Below are positions 25,862 to 36,964 of a stretch of 64,000 nucleotides of DNA, one piece after another. Made by a program: the position numbers and the translations under genes. The notes beneath the pieces are model-generated. The model searched no databases and was not told where the DNA came from. It saw only the letters and a list, made by a program, of their open reading frames with translations. This DNA is from an uncultured Verrucomicrobiae bacterium (GTDB lineage Bacteria > Verrucomicrobiota > Verrucomicrobiia > Chthoniobacterales > Chthoniobacteraceae): positions 96,001-160,000 of the forward strand of contig CAWHEP010000001.1 in the NCBI GenBank assembly GCA_963828525.1. Reading direction: 5' to 3'. The stretch's first letter is position 1; every line of letters starts with the position of its first letter.

Positions 25862-27789
25862 TCAGGAGCGCCCAGAGTGCGGCGGGTCAAGCGGGACGTT
25901 TCGCTTCTGGAGGACGATATAGGAGTGGAACTTCAGGATCGGTTTGAACTCTAGAAGGATTCGTCTGGCGTATTCGGAGTCCGGTTCATATGCAGGAAAT
26001 TTCACGGGACTGCTGACGGGGAACAGAAGCAACTTGGAGAGGTAGGCGCTGGCATTTCGCGCGTAGGAACCCGGATCGGGCGTGTTCGAAAGCTCATCCA
26101 GGACGGGCCGGGGGATGATCAGATATTTATAAAGCCTGGACTCCCGCACTTTTCTCTCGATTTGCCCGGCAGTGACCGCGCCTTGGCTGTACGCGTTGAA
26201 GTAGTCGGGCAGCAATTTGGGCTGGAGCAGTAGGTATCGGACGAGCCAGAGGTTGCCGTCGTTTCCGCTGGTCAGTAGCACTGGCCCGTCGCTGGTCAGG
26301 TGGGCGAGTTCATCCGGAAAGTAGAGAGTCTTGCTCCAGTTCAAGTCCGCCCCATGGGGACTTGCCCGCCTCAGAGCGCTCCACTCGTGTTTCCAGGCAG
26401 TGATGACTTGGGGATTGTGCTCGTAGAAGTACCGCATCGCAACCACATCGGAGTAGCTCTCGTAGTACGTGTTCCAGTAAGAGAATTGCAGGCAGAGGAC
26501 GTAGAGGATCGCGCAGCACCAGCACCACAGGCGACCGCAGAGCTTGCCGGCCGAGCAGGCGGCCGGAAACATCAGGACGATGGGAACGAGGCTGTTGATG
26601 AAAACGTGACCGGGGTCACATCGACCGAGCGCCGCTGGCAAGAGCATCCCGCCCCCGATCGCAAGGGACGCCGCAAGAGGAGCGCGGCGTTCGGCAGGGT
26701 GGGCCACCGAAGCGGCGAGGAGGCCCGGCAAAGTTACCAATGTGATAATGATGAGGCAGATATTGTGGAGGTTTGGGAAAACCGGAAAATTTTCGCCGCC
26801 AGCCGCGAAAGCGAAGACGCTTTGGAGATAGCCGGGGAAAAGGAGCAGGGTGCCCACTGCCGCAGCCGCGGCTCCGCAGCAACACGCGGCGGCCCGATGA
26901 AACGCCCGGCGAAAGATGTGGACTGCCCCGTAGGCGACGACTGCCACAGCGCCCGAGATGCCCATTTCAGGGGAGATTGCGACGCAACATGCGACGGCGA
27001 TTCCGGAAGCGACGCCGAGCGCCAGGCTGGAGGATCGATGCCGGGTGAAAGCGTCCAGCGCGATCAGAGAGACGGGAACGATTACGAAGCGCAGCGGAGT
27101 GTATTGAAGACCGAAAGTGAAGGAGGTCCAACCCAGGATCATGAGCGCGAGGGCAGCCACTCGTACGGAGGTGGGCAAATCCAGCGAGCGCAGGAGGACG
27201 AACAGCGATATAAATCCTGCCACCGTGAAGAGCGCGACGAACATCGTATAAGCCTGTTCAAAAGAGACGGCGCCAGCGCTGATGCGCGACAGCCAGAACG
27301 GCAGGTACAGGGTGGCGGGACCGTAGTTGAACATGAAATCCCTGTAGGGAACACGCCCAACCGCCAGCAAATCGATGCTGTAGATAAATCCACGCGCCTC
27401 CGCCCATGCCGGATCTGTGACGTAGCTTCCCCAGAAAATGATGCCGGTTGCCCAGAGAAGGCAACTGGAGACGAGGATGGCATATTCAGCGCGAGCCTCC
27501 CGCCACGGAGGGAAGCAGCGGCGATTCTCCGATAGCCACTCGTATTGAACGAGAGAGCGGTTACTGGTCAGGCGCGCTCCAAATGCCAGAACCAGGGCGG
27601 CGGCTAGAGCCAGGATGGCGAATCGGTTGTTGAACCCGAATACAAACGATTCGCCCGGGAACTGGTGTGGTGGAGCTAAAGAACCACGGCAGCCAGAATA
27701 CTCCGAGGGCCGCCACTAGTCCGGCGCCGAGCCAAAAGCAGCGCGGGGAGAACGCGCGGTGGCTTTGTGGCCGTAGACTGCAAGGACAT
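25862..27789 (-). CDS. Polytopic GT-C-like membrane glycosyltransferase (paralog A'), two frameshifts near the 5' end
   Basis: PYRDFMFNYGP, LQYTPLRF, AISPE, LGRCDPGH shared with 30969..32987; N-terminus FWLPWF...FGFNN recovered by removing one base at about 27734 and 27655; ATG at 27789 overlaps the upstream TGA. Confidence 0.7.
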
Positions 27790-29232
27790 CACGCTCTTTC
27801 CATGCCGGTGATCCGGCGGAATTCGGCAAGCGTCCAGGAAAGCGTGTCGCTGATTTGCGGGTGGCGTAATACGGAGATACAAACCCCTGTTAGAAGGAGG
27901 ATCATCATCAGAGGATTCACGACGACGGAATCAGAAATCTCAAGCGACTTGGGATAAACAATCTTGATGGCGGGATTCAATGAGAAGTGGAAGTAATGCT
28001 TCGGAATCAAGAGAAGCGCGAAAGTCGAGGCAAAGAACCCGTCGCCCCAGCCAGCTTCACGTTCGCGAAGAAACAAAAGAAGCGGAATTACGAAGTGGAT
28101 GAGACGGTAGTCTCCACAAACAAAGGGGAGTAGGTTCATGCAGCAAACGAGGAGGGAAACTTTCTTCCAGATCGGCATCTGGAAGCCGCAGACCACGATC
28201 GCCACAAGGAGGAAAGAAGCCGCCGAGAAATAGAAATAATAGCCCATCAGCCATACGGGCATCATTCTGGTGAACTCGGCGTTGTGAAAAAGAGCAGGGT
28301 TGGAAAAGAGGAACACCTTCAGTAGTCCCGTACAGGCTCGCGCCGAAGTAGATTGCCTCGTTACCGAGCACGTAGATGTTGGTGTAAGTCGCCATGTTCG
28401 CGTCAAGCGACTCAAGTTTGTGGTGCCAGTGGCCCGGCATGGCAACAATCGACGAAATACGTCAGCAAGAGGGCCGTCAGGACGATGTACAAGAATCTCC
28501 TTAAACTTCCGATCGCTGGCGAATAAAGGCAGAAACACCACTGCGTAAGGCTTGGCTCCTATCACCAGGCCAAGGAGTATGGCAGACGCCCGGAAGTTCC
28601 CGGCAACATAGAGGAAGATGGCTGCGGAAAGACCGAGGAAGATGGTGCTCTCGAAGTTGCCGCGATCCACGCAGAAAAGGAATGGGTAGGAGCAGAGCAG
28701 CACAATCAGAGTCTTTGGGACTACGCAGTTCGAGGTCACAGCCGCGAGAGAACGGGCGACGATGTAGAAGGCGCTCGAAGCGAAGAGAAGTGTCGAGATC
28801 ATCCAGAGGATGAACGGACCCTTGAAACCAGGCGCGCGCATGGTCGCTAAGGTTCGGAGCGCTTGCGCGTGGATAGAAGGCTTTGTAAAACCACCATGCG
28901 CGGACAGCGAGGACGGAACTGCCAAAAGTTACCTGCGCCGTGGGATCGTTCTTGTGCGGATCGAAGCTGCTCCTTGCGGCGATGAAATTTCCCCCATAGA
29001 AATCGGAGAATTGATTTTCCGTTCGGAACAGGAACGTGTTGTGCGGATAGCCCCGGTGCTGCACTGCTCCCACTTCGTAATGGTAGATGAGCGAGCAGAA
29101 AAAGCCGGCGATTAGGATCGAAAGTGCCAAAGATAATTTCCGCTCCTGCGAAAGGGTCGGAGTTGGAGATTCCGATGAATCGGCGGAGGCCGCTGCGACC
29201 AGAGCCGTGAGAATCAGGGTTTGAGGCGCCAT
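27789..29232 (-). CDS. GT87/DUF2029-like membrane glycosyltransferase (paralog B'), about four frameshifts
   Basis: YPHNTFLFR, VDRGNFE, KPYAVVF, GDYRLIH collinear with 29242..30843 across three frames; error or pseudogene unresolved. Confidence 0.65.
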
Positions 29233-29241
29233 CTTAATGAT

Positions 29242-30843
29242 CTACGCGGCGAGTTGCGGGCGGCGAAGAGGGAAGGTGGCGATGAACCACCGCGCGGTGT
29301 CGCTGATTTGCGGCTTTCGCAGGACAGAGCGACTAATGACAGCAATCAGGGCGAGCATCAGGAGCGGGTTCGCCACGATCGAGTCGGTGACCTCAAATGC
29401 GTTTACAATGACGCTGTGGTTGAAGACAAAATGGTAGAATCCCTTCGGAATGAGGAGCAGCGCAAAGAGGACGGCTGTGAGTTTGTCGCCCCAGGCGAGT
29501 TCTCGTTCGCGCAGAAAGAGGAGCAGGGGAATGAACAGGTGAATCAAACGGTAATCGCCGCAGACATACGGCAGGAGATTCATGCAGCAAACCAGGAGAG
29601 CGATCTTCTTCCAGAATTCCATGCGCAGGACACAAATCAAGAGCGAGATCAGGGCGAAGAAAAACACCGAGAAATAGAAATACACCTTCATGAAAGTTTG
29701 CGGAAACGCGTCGCCGCGCTTGATCCAGTCGCTTGAGTAAATCAGAACCTTCAGCATGCCGTAGAGGCTGCTTCCGAAGTACATGCCCTCATTTTCAAGG
29801 ACGTAGAATTTGGTGTATAGCTCCATGCTGATTTGGAGCATGCCAAGATTATTCAGGATGCTGCCGGGCAGGGCAACCAGGGCGCCCACAGTGAGCAGAA
29901 GGGCGGTTCCCAGAGAGACGGCGATCTCCTTAAAGCGGCGGTCGCTCGCGTAGAGAACGACAAAGACGACGGCATAGGGTTTGGCCGAAACGACGAGGCC
30001 TAGAAGCAACGCGGACCACACGGTTTTCCCTCGCCCATAAAGGAAGATAGAGCCAGCGAGGGCAAGGAAGATGACACATTCAAAGTTCCCCCGGTCGAGA
30101 CAGAAGAGAACTGGGTAGGAACAGAGAGCGAGAATTAAGGATTTTGCCCAAGTGCAGTCAGGACTCACACGCCGGATCGTACGCTGAACAAGGTAGAGCA
30201 ATCCGAACGTGAACACGCAGTGGATCAAAAGCCATGCGAGAAAAGGGCCTTGTAAGGAAGGGTCCCGCATAGCATGAAGATCGGGCATCGATCGCACAGG
30301 ATACAACGCGGCGTAAAGAGCCCATGAATAGAACATGAGCACTGTGCTGCCCCAGCCGATATTGATGTCCCGCCTATCCTCCGGAAGGATGAATGAAGTC
30401 CGGGAGATTAGGAAACTGCTGTAGAAGTCATTCAACTGGACGTACGGACGAAACAGGAAGGTGTTGAATGGGTAACGCTGACCTCCCACCGCTCCTGCTT
30501 CGTAGTGAAAAACGAGCGAGATGAAGAAGCCGATCACCAGTATGGAGAGGACTATACCCAGCTTTTTCGAAGGCTGTAAGAGGGGTGGAAGCGGCGGAAC
30601 ATCAGGAGGTTCATCCAGCACAGGATATGGATTTTCTGTCCCGCGAGACAGTAATGGAGGAGACTCGAGTTTGTGAGCGCGACCGAAGTGCGAGGCGATC
30701 CAAAATCCCGTTCCGAGCAGGGCGAGCGCTTGCCCGAACCGCTTCAATCCCAAAGTCGGGATCAAATACCCCCGCGGTTCTTTGGTCCGTGCTTCTGGGA
30801 TCAGACAAGTGGGAACAGGGAACGTCGACTTTTTTCGTGGCAT
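29242..30843 (-). CDS. GT87/DUF2029-like membrane glycosyltransferase (paralog B)
   Basis: LDRGNFE and AKPY motifs, many TM segments; start uncertain. Confidence 0.72.
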   Translation of the reverse strand: MPRKKSTFPVPTCLIPEARTKEPRGYLIPTLGLKRFGQALALLGTGFWIASHFGRAHKLESPPLLSRGTENPYPVLDEPPDVPPLPPLLQPSKKLGIVLSILVIGFFISLVFHYEAGAVGGQRYPFNTFLFRPYVQLNDFYSSFLISRTSFILPEDRRDINIGWGSTVLMFYSWALYAALYPVRSMPDLHAMRDPSLQGPFLAWLLIHCVFTFGLLYLVQRTIRRVSPDCTWAKSLILALCSYPVLFCLDRGNFECVIFLALAGSIFLYGRGKTVWSALLLGLVVSAKPYAVVFVVLYASDRRFKEIAVSLGTALLLTVGALVALPGSILNNLGMLQISMELYTKFYVLENEGMYFGSSLYGMLKVLIYSSDWIKRGDAFPQTFMKVYFYFSVFFFALISLLICVLRMEFWKKIALLVCCMNLLPYVCGDYRLIHLFIPLLLFLRERELAWGDKLTAVLFALLLIPKGFYHFVFNHSVIVNAFEVTDSIVANPLLMLALIAVISRSVLRKPQISDTARWFIATFPLRRPQLAA

Positions 30844-30968
30844 CGCGAAATCGTGGTTAACGACCGATATGGCCGATGGCGAGCCCTAATTTTAGAATGA
30901 AGAGCTAGGCGGCGCTGTCGTAGCAATAACCTCGCGCTCGCAAAAACCTGCGGGAGGTTCCATGGAGC

Positions 30969-32987
30969 TTATTTCATCGAGGGGTCGACTGAGATGGCAC
31001 GACTTCGCGTGAGTATTACGTTGTCGCGAAAAGCCTCCGTAACGGTGTAGTTCGCCGCTATGTCGGCGAGGATGCCATCCTCCGCCGAGAATCTTTTGTT
31101 TCGGGGAGTAAGCGAGATGGGAAACAGAAGCTGTTGCTGGAGAAGTTGCATGTCCCCAACGAAATAGTCCCATGCGTGGGCTTGCGCGTGAACGAGGAAG
31201 CTCATTTTTGGGATGAGGATCACCGGCATTCGAGCAAGGTCAGCCAATTTGCGGTCCATATGCTTCTGTGAGGTGATTGAACCCTGCGTATAGGCAAAGT
31301 AATACTCCGGCAAGTATCTGCCGGAAAGCTTCAGGAAATGCTCGATCTCTTCGGAGCATGACAGAGGCGTGCCGATCTTTGGATATCGCAGCAGAGGGGT
31401 AAGCGCCTGATCGAAAGGCAGTAGTTTGCTATAGGATAGCTTGTTCGACGAGTTTGTCGCAAATTGCCAGGTCTGCTGATTCAGCAGAGGATCGAAGCCC
31501 CCCGGCAGGTGTGACAGTTGATCCCGGACGCTCAAAGCAGCTTTGACGTCGTTTGAGTAAGCTGAAATCGCGCCGACGTGCCAAATGACCAGGTAGATCG
31601 CCGCATAGATCCCGATGATGGTTTTCGATAGAGATCGATCTTTCATTTGAAGAACCAGCGCGACGAAAAGAATGAATATGCCGAGGCTATTGAAGAAAAT
31701 GTGACCTCCGTCACAGCGACCCAGGGACGCCGGGATGGTTAACCCCATGGAAATCAGTAATGCGGAAGCAAACGCGCCTTTTTGGTTGTGCTCAGAAACA
31801 CCGATGACAGCGAGTTGCGGCAAGACCCAGCAGGCGGCCGCGAGAAGCAGAAGCATGTGAAGAGTAGGAAAAACGGGGTAGTTGTTGCCTCCTCCGGCAA
31901 AAGTGAACATTCCCTCGAAGTAATCTTTTGAGAGGAGAACCGCCGCGCCCACGAAAGATAGAGCGGGAGCGATGGCGAGAAGACCCCAGCGACGTTGGGG
32001 TGTAAAGGATAGCGCGACGAAGTACGCTGTAATGCCTGCCACCGACGCGACGCCAAACTCAGGTGAAATGGCAAGGTTTGCCAGAGGGAGAATGAAGGCC
32101 AGGACTACTATGATGAACCGCCGGTTCGGCTTGGGCGCATAAGCTGTGAAGCAGCGATTCAAAAAGATGAGGGAAGCGAAGCAAACAAGGAATCGTACCG
32201 GCGTATATTGCAAACCAAGTGTGATGTTGATAATCACCAGACCGACTAAAAGGAACAAAGTGGGACGGCTGAATCGACCTCCAAAAGCGCGGACGATATA
32301 GACAAGCAGGAAATAACCGGCGACCCAGTGGCACAGCACAAGCGCGAAACAGGAGGTGTCTATGGACAACAGGCCCCCCATTGCTTTGTATAACCAGAAG
32401 CACGGATAGAGGATTAATGGCCCATAGTTAAACTGGAAATCTCTATAGGGTTTCAGGCCCAATGGCATTTGATCCAACTCCGAGACAAAATTCCCGAATT
32501 CGCCATATCGATCATAGGGCAGCATCCGGAAAATGAGGCTTTGAATCACCACCGCGATCGCCGTGGTGATGCCCATCGCCAGAAACAGCCCCTTGGAATT
32601 ACAAAGACTGTCCTGCTCAGGAAGAAGCAACGACAGCAATGTGGCTTGCGTCTCGCTCGCGCCACGCGAGAGGCGCCGCAGCCAGGAGAGCGCAAAGAGC
32701 AGCGCGAGCAGAGAGGCGAGCGAGAGATTCGCGGCAAGATTATTAAACCCGTACACGTATGAAGGCGAATCCGTGGGAGTGCCCATTGGCACAAACCAGG
32801 GGAGCCAAAAGATGGCGCCCGCGCCGAGGAGAAGAGCGCAGATGACAAGGCCCGCGTAACGAGCTGCGACAAATTGGCTCAAGCCCCGGAGGCGAACGGG
32901 GGGAAGACTTACAGGAATGGCTTGTGTTGGCGGCCCGCTTGCGCGGGAAATATGGGCTTTGGCTTTTTTCTTCACGTGGTCAGACAC
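30969..32987 (-). CDS. Polytopic GT-C-like membrane glycosyltransferase (paralog A)
   Basis: PYRDFQFNYGP loop motif, many TM segments, soluble C-terminal domain. Confidence 0.7.
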   Translation of the reverse strand: MSDHVKKKAKAHISRASGPPTQAIPVSLPPVRLRGLSQFVAARYAGLVICALLLGAGAIFWLPWFVPMGTPTDSPSYVYGFNNLAANLSLASLLALLFALSWLRRLSRGASETQATLLSLLLPEQDSLCNSKGLFLAMGITTAIAVVIQSLIFRMLPYDRYGEFGNFVSELDQMPLGLKPYRDFQFNYGPLILYPCFWLYKAMGGLLSIDTSCFALVLCHWVAGYFLLVYIVRAFGGRFSRPTLFLLVGLVIINITLGLQYTPVRFLVCFASLIFLNRCFTAYAPKPNRRFIIVVLAFILPLANLAISPEFGVASVAGITAYFVALSFTPQRRWGLLAIAPALSFVGAAVLLSKDYFEGMFTFAGGGNNYPVFPTLHMLLLLAAACWVLPQLAVIGVSEHNQKGAFASALLISMGLTIPASLGRCDGGHIFFNSLGIFILFVALVLQMKDRSLSKTIIGIYAAIYLVIWHVGAISAYSNDVKAALSVRDQLSHLPGGFDPLLNQQTWQFATNSSNKLSYSKLLPFDQALTPLLRYPKIGTPLSCSEEIEHFLKLSGRYLPEYYFAYTQGSITSQKHMDRKLADLARMPVILIPKMSFLVHAQAHAWDYFVGDMQLLQQQLLFPISLTPRNKRFSAEDGILADIAANYTVTEAFRDNVILTRSRAISVDPSMK

Positions 32988-33271
32988 CGATTCGGCATAT
33001 GTACCTGACCGTAATCACAAGGTCTAAAAACCACGATACGGATCGCAGGGCCCGGCTGATTGCAGTGTATCCTCTGGGGTTGGAACACACCCACCATGGT
33101 CAGGCGAAACGGCTTCAACAGGCGTCGGGGTTTTTGAAGGGGGCAAATTCTCAAATAAGCGGATTTCTACAGGAATGAGAGACAAAATTCGTGCCTTTTC
33201 TCAGATTTTGTGCTAGGAAAGCCGGAAAAGCTGGTATTTATTGAAATTCGCGCCCTCTCAGTCGATCTCTT

Positions 33272-33817
33272 ATGCACAACTTACTGACAGTTAAAGAAAC
33301 AGCCGAGTACCTCCGTATTCCACTTCCTACGGTGTACTACCTAGTGCAGCGCGGACAGTTGCCCGCAGTGCAAATCGGGGGACGCTGGAGAATCAAGAAA
33401 GAGTCTCTGGATCGTGACGTCCTTCATTCTGAACAGCAGGGGCAGCCGACGGTGCTGGTTGTAGATGACGATGAGATCGTGCAGGACACTTTCAAGCTGT
33501 TCCTAAAAAAGAATGGTTTTAGCCGGATGATCGTGGGCGACGGCAAAGAAGCCCTTGCCGCGCTGAACAAGCAGAAGTTCGATCTTTGTTTCCTCGACCT
33601 TATGCTGCCGGACATTACGGGAGACGAGATATACAAACATCTGAAGCAGATCGATCCCACGCTACCGGTGGTGATCATCACCGGATTTCCGGACAGCCAG
33701 ATGCTGGATAACATTTTGAAGTATGGTCCGGTTACCGTGCTGAAGAAGCCGCTGAAGCTTGAGCAGTTGAATCAAACGCTCAAATTCCTAGGGCACAAGC
33801 TCGCCGAAGCTGCTTAG
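33272..33817 (+). CDS. Response regulator with N-terminal excisionase-type HTH (HTH_17) and C-terminal receiver
   Basis: LLTVKETAEYL...IGGRWRI; VVDDD, FLDLMLPD, LKKP. Confidence 0.88.
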   Translation: MHNLLTVKETAEYLRIPLPTVYYLVQRGQLPAVQIGGRWRIKKESLDRDVLHSEQQGQPTVLVVDDDEIVQDTFKLFLKKNGFSRMIVGDGKEALAALNKQKFDLCFLDLMLPDITGDEIYKHLKQIDPTLPVVIITGFPDSQMLDNILKYGPVTVLKKPLKLEQLNQTLKFLGHKLAEAA

Positions 33818-33820
33818 AGC

Positions 33821-34420
33821 TCATCCCTTTTTAAGCAGGCGCAGACGGTGGAAAGTTCGACCCTCCGCCAGGAAGCGGGCCTCGAAGTCTGTTGCTGGAT
33901 ACGAGGGATCCTCGGGCCAGGGTAATTCGATGAAAGGATGTGCCTGGGCGACCTTCCTGGCGTGTCCGAAGTAGGTTTCGTCATCTGTCATGAAGCGAAT
34001 CTCGCCTTCTCGATTTAAGACGCTCCATGCCGCGCGCAGAAAGGCATCATTTATCAGCCTGCGCGAGTGATGTCGCCGTTTTGGCCACGGATCAGGGAAG
34101 AGGACATGGAAGACTGCCACAGACTCTGTAGGAAGAAGGCGCAAGCATTCGTCGATCTGGCCGCGGAAGATTCTGACGTTCGTCAGGTCGAGGCGGGCAG
34201 CCGAGCGGCAGACCTTGCCCACGCGATTCAGGAGTCGCTCCACACCGAGAAAGTTGCGCTCGGGAAACTGTTTTGCGAGGGCAACTAGAAACGTGCCCGT
34301 GCCCGCGCCAAGATCGACCTCCAGAGGGGCCTCGCGTCCAAAAAGCGGGGGTGGATCAATGGAGGCAATACCAGCCTCCAGGAGAATAGATGAGCGCTCG
34401 GCAGTCGCTTCCTCGTTCAT
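33821..34420 (-). CDS. trmB: tRNA (guanine-N7)-methyltransferase
   Basis: DLGAGTG, NFLGVE, FPDPWPKRRH, TDFE. Confidence 0.92.
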   Translation of the reverse strand: MNEEATAERSSILLEAGIASIDPPPLFGREAPLEVDLGAGTGTFLVALAKQFPERNFLGVERLLNRVGKVCRSAARLDLTNVRIFRGQIDECLRLLPTESVAVFHVLFPDPWPKRRHHSRRLINDAFLRAAWSVLNREGEIRFMTDDETYFGHARKVAQAHPFIELPWPEDPSYPATDFEARFLAEGRTFHRLRLLKKG

Positions 34421-34656
34421 GCGGGGATTTGCCTGTCTAAGTGGGGTCAGCCGTCCTGATCAACTGTGTTTCCATGCGGATTTGAATAAGCCATATCTGT
34501 AGTTGAGGCGGCAAGCTCTCCCTTTCGCGGTCCCGTGCGCGCCTCGGAATGACGTAATGGAGCAAAGAAGCGTAAAAGATCGTTCAAAAGCGCCGCAACC
34601 CTTTATTCTCCGTCGACGTAACTAAAGTTCGCGGAGCGAATTCCGGAGCCTCTACC

Positions 34657-35664
34657 ATGAATACAGTAAAAGCCTACGCCTCAAAATCCGCCGGGAGCAG
34701 CCTTGAGCCCTTCTCGTATGACGAGCAAGCGTTGAGGCCCCACGAGGCGCGGATCGAAGTGAAATACTGCGGCGTATGCCATAGCGATATCGCCATGATC
34801 GACAATGACTGGAAGTTCACGGGCTACCCCTTGGTGCCTGGCCACGAAGTTGTTGGCACAGTGTTGGAGATCGGTTCCGATGTGGCGGGGATCAAGCCTG
34901 GGCAGGCGGTCGGTGTTGGCTGGCAGAGCGGTTCGTGCTCGGAGTGCGAGTACTGCCGCCGCGGCAAAGAGCATTTATGCGCGAAGGAACAGGACACTAT
35001 CGTGCATCGGCACGGCGGCTGGGCGACCTCCGTCGTCGTTGAAGCGCCTTTTGCCGTGCCACTTCCCGACGGATTGTTTTGTGCCGAAGCCGCGCCGTTA
35101 ATGTGCGCCGGGAGCACGGTTTTTTCCCCCATGCTTCACCACGGGGTGACAGCGGGCATGGAGGCGGCGGTCGTGGGAATCGGCGGTCTTGGACACCTTG
35201 CGGTGCAGTTTCTTTCGAAATGGGGATGCCGGGTGACGGCGATTTCCAGTAGCCATGCCAAAGACGAAGAAGCGCGCGCGCTTGGGGCGTCCGCGTTTAT
35301 TGCCACGAAGAATGCGGACGAATTGAAGAAAGCGGCAAACCGGTTCGATTTCATCATTTCGACCGTTTCTGCTGACGTAAACTGGGCGCAATACGTCGCG
35401 GCATTGCGTCCCGAGGGTACGCTGGTGATAGTTGGCATCCCCGAAAACGACCTCCGCATCCCGGCATTTGGATTGATCCAGGGAGAGAAGAGCGTGTCTG
35501 GCGGGAGAACATCCAGTCCCCTTGATATTGGGCTGATGCTGAAGTTCGCGTCCCGGACAGGTGTGCGCGCGGTAATCGAAAAATATCCGCTATCGGAAGT
35601 GAATGCGGCCGTAGAGAAGGCGCGATCCGGGCGTTTGCGATACCGAGCGGTGCTGGAGGTTTAA
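34657..35664 (+). CDS. Zn-dependent NAD(P)H alcohol dehydrogenase/aldehyde reductase (CAD/Ahr-like)
   Basis: GVCHSD, GHE, CSECEYC structural Zn site, GIGGLG. Confidence 0.92.
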   Translation: MNTVKAYASKSAGSSLEPFSYDEQALRPHEARIEVKYCGVCHSDIAMIDNDWKFTGYPLVPGHEVVGTVLEIGSDVAGIKPGQAVGVGWQSGSCSECEYCRRGKEHLCAKEQDTIVHRHGGWATSVVVEAPFAVPLPDGLFCAEAAPLMCAGSTVFSPMLHHGVTAGMEAAVVGIGGLGHLAVQFLSKWGCRVTAISSSHAKDEEARALGASAFIATKNADELKKAANRFDFIISTVSADVNWAQYVAALRPEGTLVIVGIPENDLRIPAFGLIQGEKSVSGGRTSSPLDIGLMLKFASRTGVRAVIEKYPLSEVNAAVEKARSGRLRYRAVLEV

Positions 35665-35715
35665 GAGGGATACTCTTTGACTTCCCCTGGTTGCTGAGGG
35701 ACTGTCCCGGCCCTC

Positions 35716-36936
35716 ATGCCATTCCAGCAACTCGGCCTTTCTGCTGCTCTCCTAAGGGGAGTGCAGTCGATGGGCTTTAGCGATCCCACTCCTGTCCAAC
35801 TTCGAGCCATTCCCGCCGCGCTGGAAGGGCGCGACCTGATTGCCTCCGCCCAGACTGGCACGGGTAAGACTGCCGCGTTTGCGCTTCCAGTCCTCCAGCG
35901 GCTCGACCGGCGCGGGGCTATCCGCTGTCTGGTCCTTGAACCTACGCGCGAGCTTGCCCAGCAGGTGGAGACTTCTTTTCGCGATCTCGCGCGGCACACG
36001 GATTTACGCGTCATCTCGTTGTTCGGCGGCGTGGGTTATGGCCTCCAAAGGAGCGCTTTGAAGGATGGGGTGGACATCATCGTCGCCACTCCTGGCCGGC
36101 TGGAGGACCATCTCCAACAGCGCACCATGCATCTTAGAGACATCCAGATCCTGGTGCTCGATGAGGTGGATCGCATGCTGGATGTCGGGTTTCTGCCAGT
36201 GGTGAAGCGCCTCGTTGCGCAATGCCCGAGGAACCGGCAGACGCTTTTTTTCTCCGCCACCGTCCCTCCGGAGATTTCCGACTTCGCCGCCTCCGCTCTG
36301 CATGATCCTGTTCGCATCGAGATTGGGATCAATCGTTCGGTGACATCCACCGTCACGCATGGTCTCTATGAGGTCGCGCAGTCGCAAAAGTTCGATCTCC
36401 TGCTCGCGCTGCTTGATTCCATTGACTTTCAGAGCGTGCTTGTCTTTTCCAGAACCAAACATGGGGCGGACAGGATCGCCAATCGCTTGCGCGGGGCGAA
36501 CCATTCGGTAGCGGTCCTGCACGCCAACCGATCCCAAAACCAGCGCCTGGAAGCGTTGACCGGGTTCAAGTCCGGCAAATACGAGGTGATGGTTGCAACC
36601 GATATCGCCGCGCGCGGCATCGACGTCGCCGGCATCAGTCACGTTATTAACTACGACATTCCAGAGCACGCTGAGGACTATGTGCATCGCATCGGGCGCA
36701 CGGGTCGCGCCCAGAGTGTCGGCGACGCGTTTACCCTTGTCGTGAGAGACGACGCGAAAAAGGTGCAGAATATCGAGCGCTTCGTGGGCCACAAAATTGA
36801 GCGGCTCCGCCTCCCCGGTTTCAAATACGCAACAGAGCAGCCGCCAATGCCGGAAGCGCAGAGGCGAAGCGGGCGGCTATCGCCCAAATTGCCAGCCAGT
36901 AACGGCAAGACGGTGGGACGCGGTCGCCGATGGTAG
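35716..36936 (+). CDS. DEAD-box RNA helicase (RhlE-like)
   Basis: Q motif, AQTGTGKT, PTRELA, DEVD, SAT, HRIGRTGR. Confidence 0.93.
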   Translation: MPFQQLGLSAALLRGVQSMGFSDPTPVQLRAIPAALEGRDLIASAQTGTGKTAAFALPVLQRLDRRGAIRCLVLEPTRELAQQVETSFRDLARHTDLRVISLFGGVGYGLQRSALKDGVDIIVATPGRLEDHLQQRTMHLRDIQILVLDEVDRMLDVGFLPVVKRLVAQCPRNRQTLFFSATVPPEISDFAASALHDPVRIEIGINRSVTSTVTHGLYEVAQSQKFDLLLALLDSIDFQSVLVFSRTKHGADRIANRLRGANHSVAVLHANRSQNQRLEALTGFKSGKYEVMVATDIAARGIDVAGISHVINYDIPEHAEDYVHRIGRTGRAQSVGDAFTLVVRDDAKKVQNIERFVGHKIERLRLPGFKYATEQPPMPEAQRRSGRLSPKLPASNGKTVGRGRRW

Positions 36937-36964
36937 CTCCCGGCCGTTCAATAGCCGGCGGACG

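Noticed and set aside
26300..27535. 411-aa plus-strand ORF
   Set aside because: Antisense shadow of the membrane glycosyltransferase; no recognisable motifs
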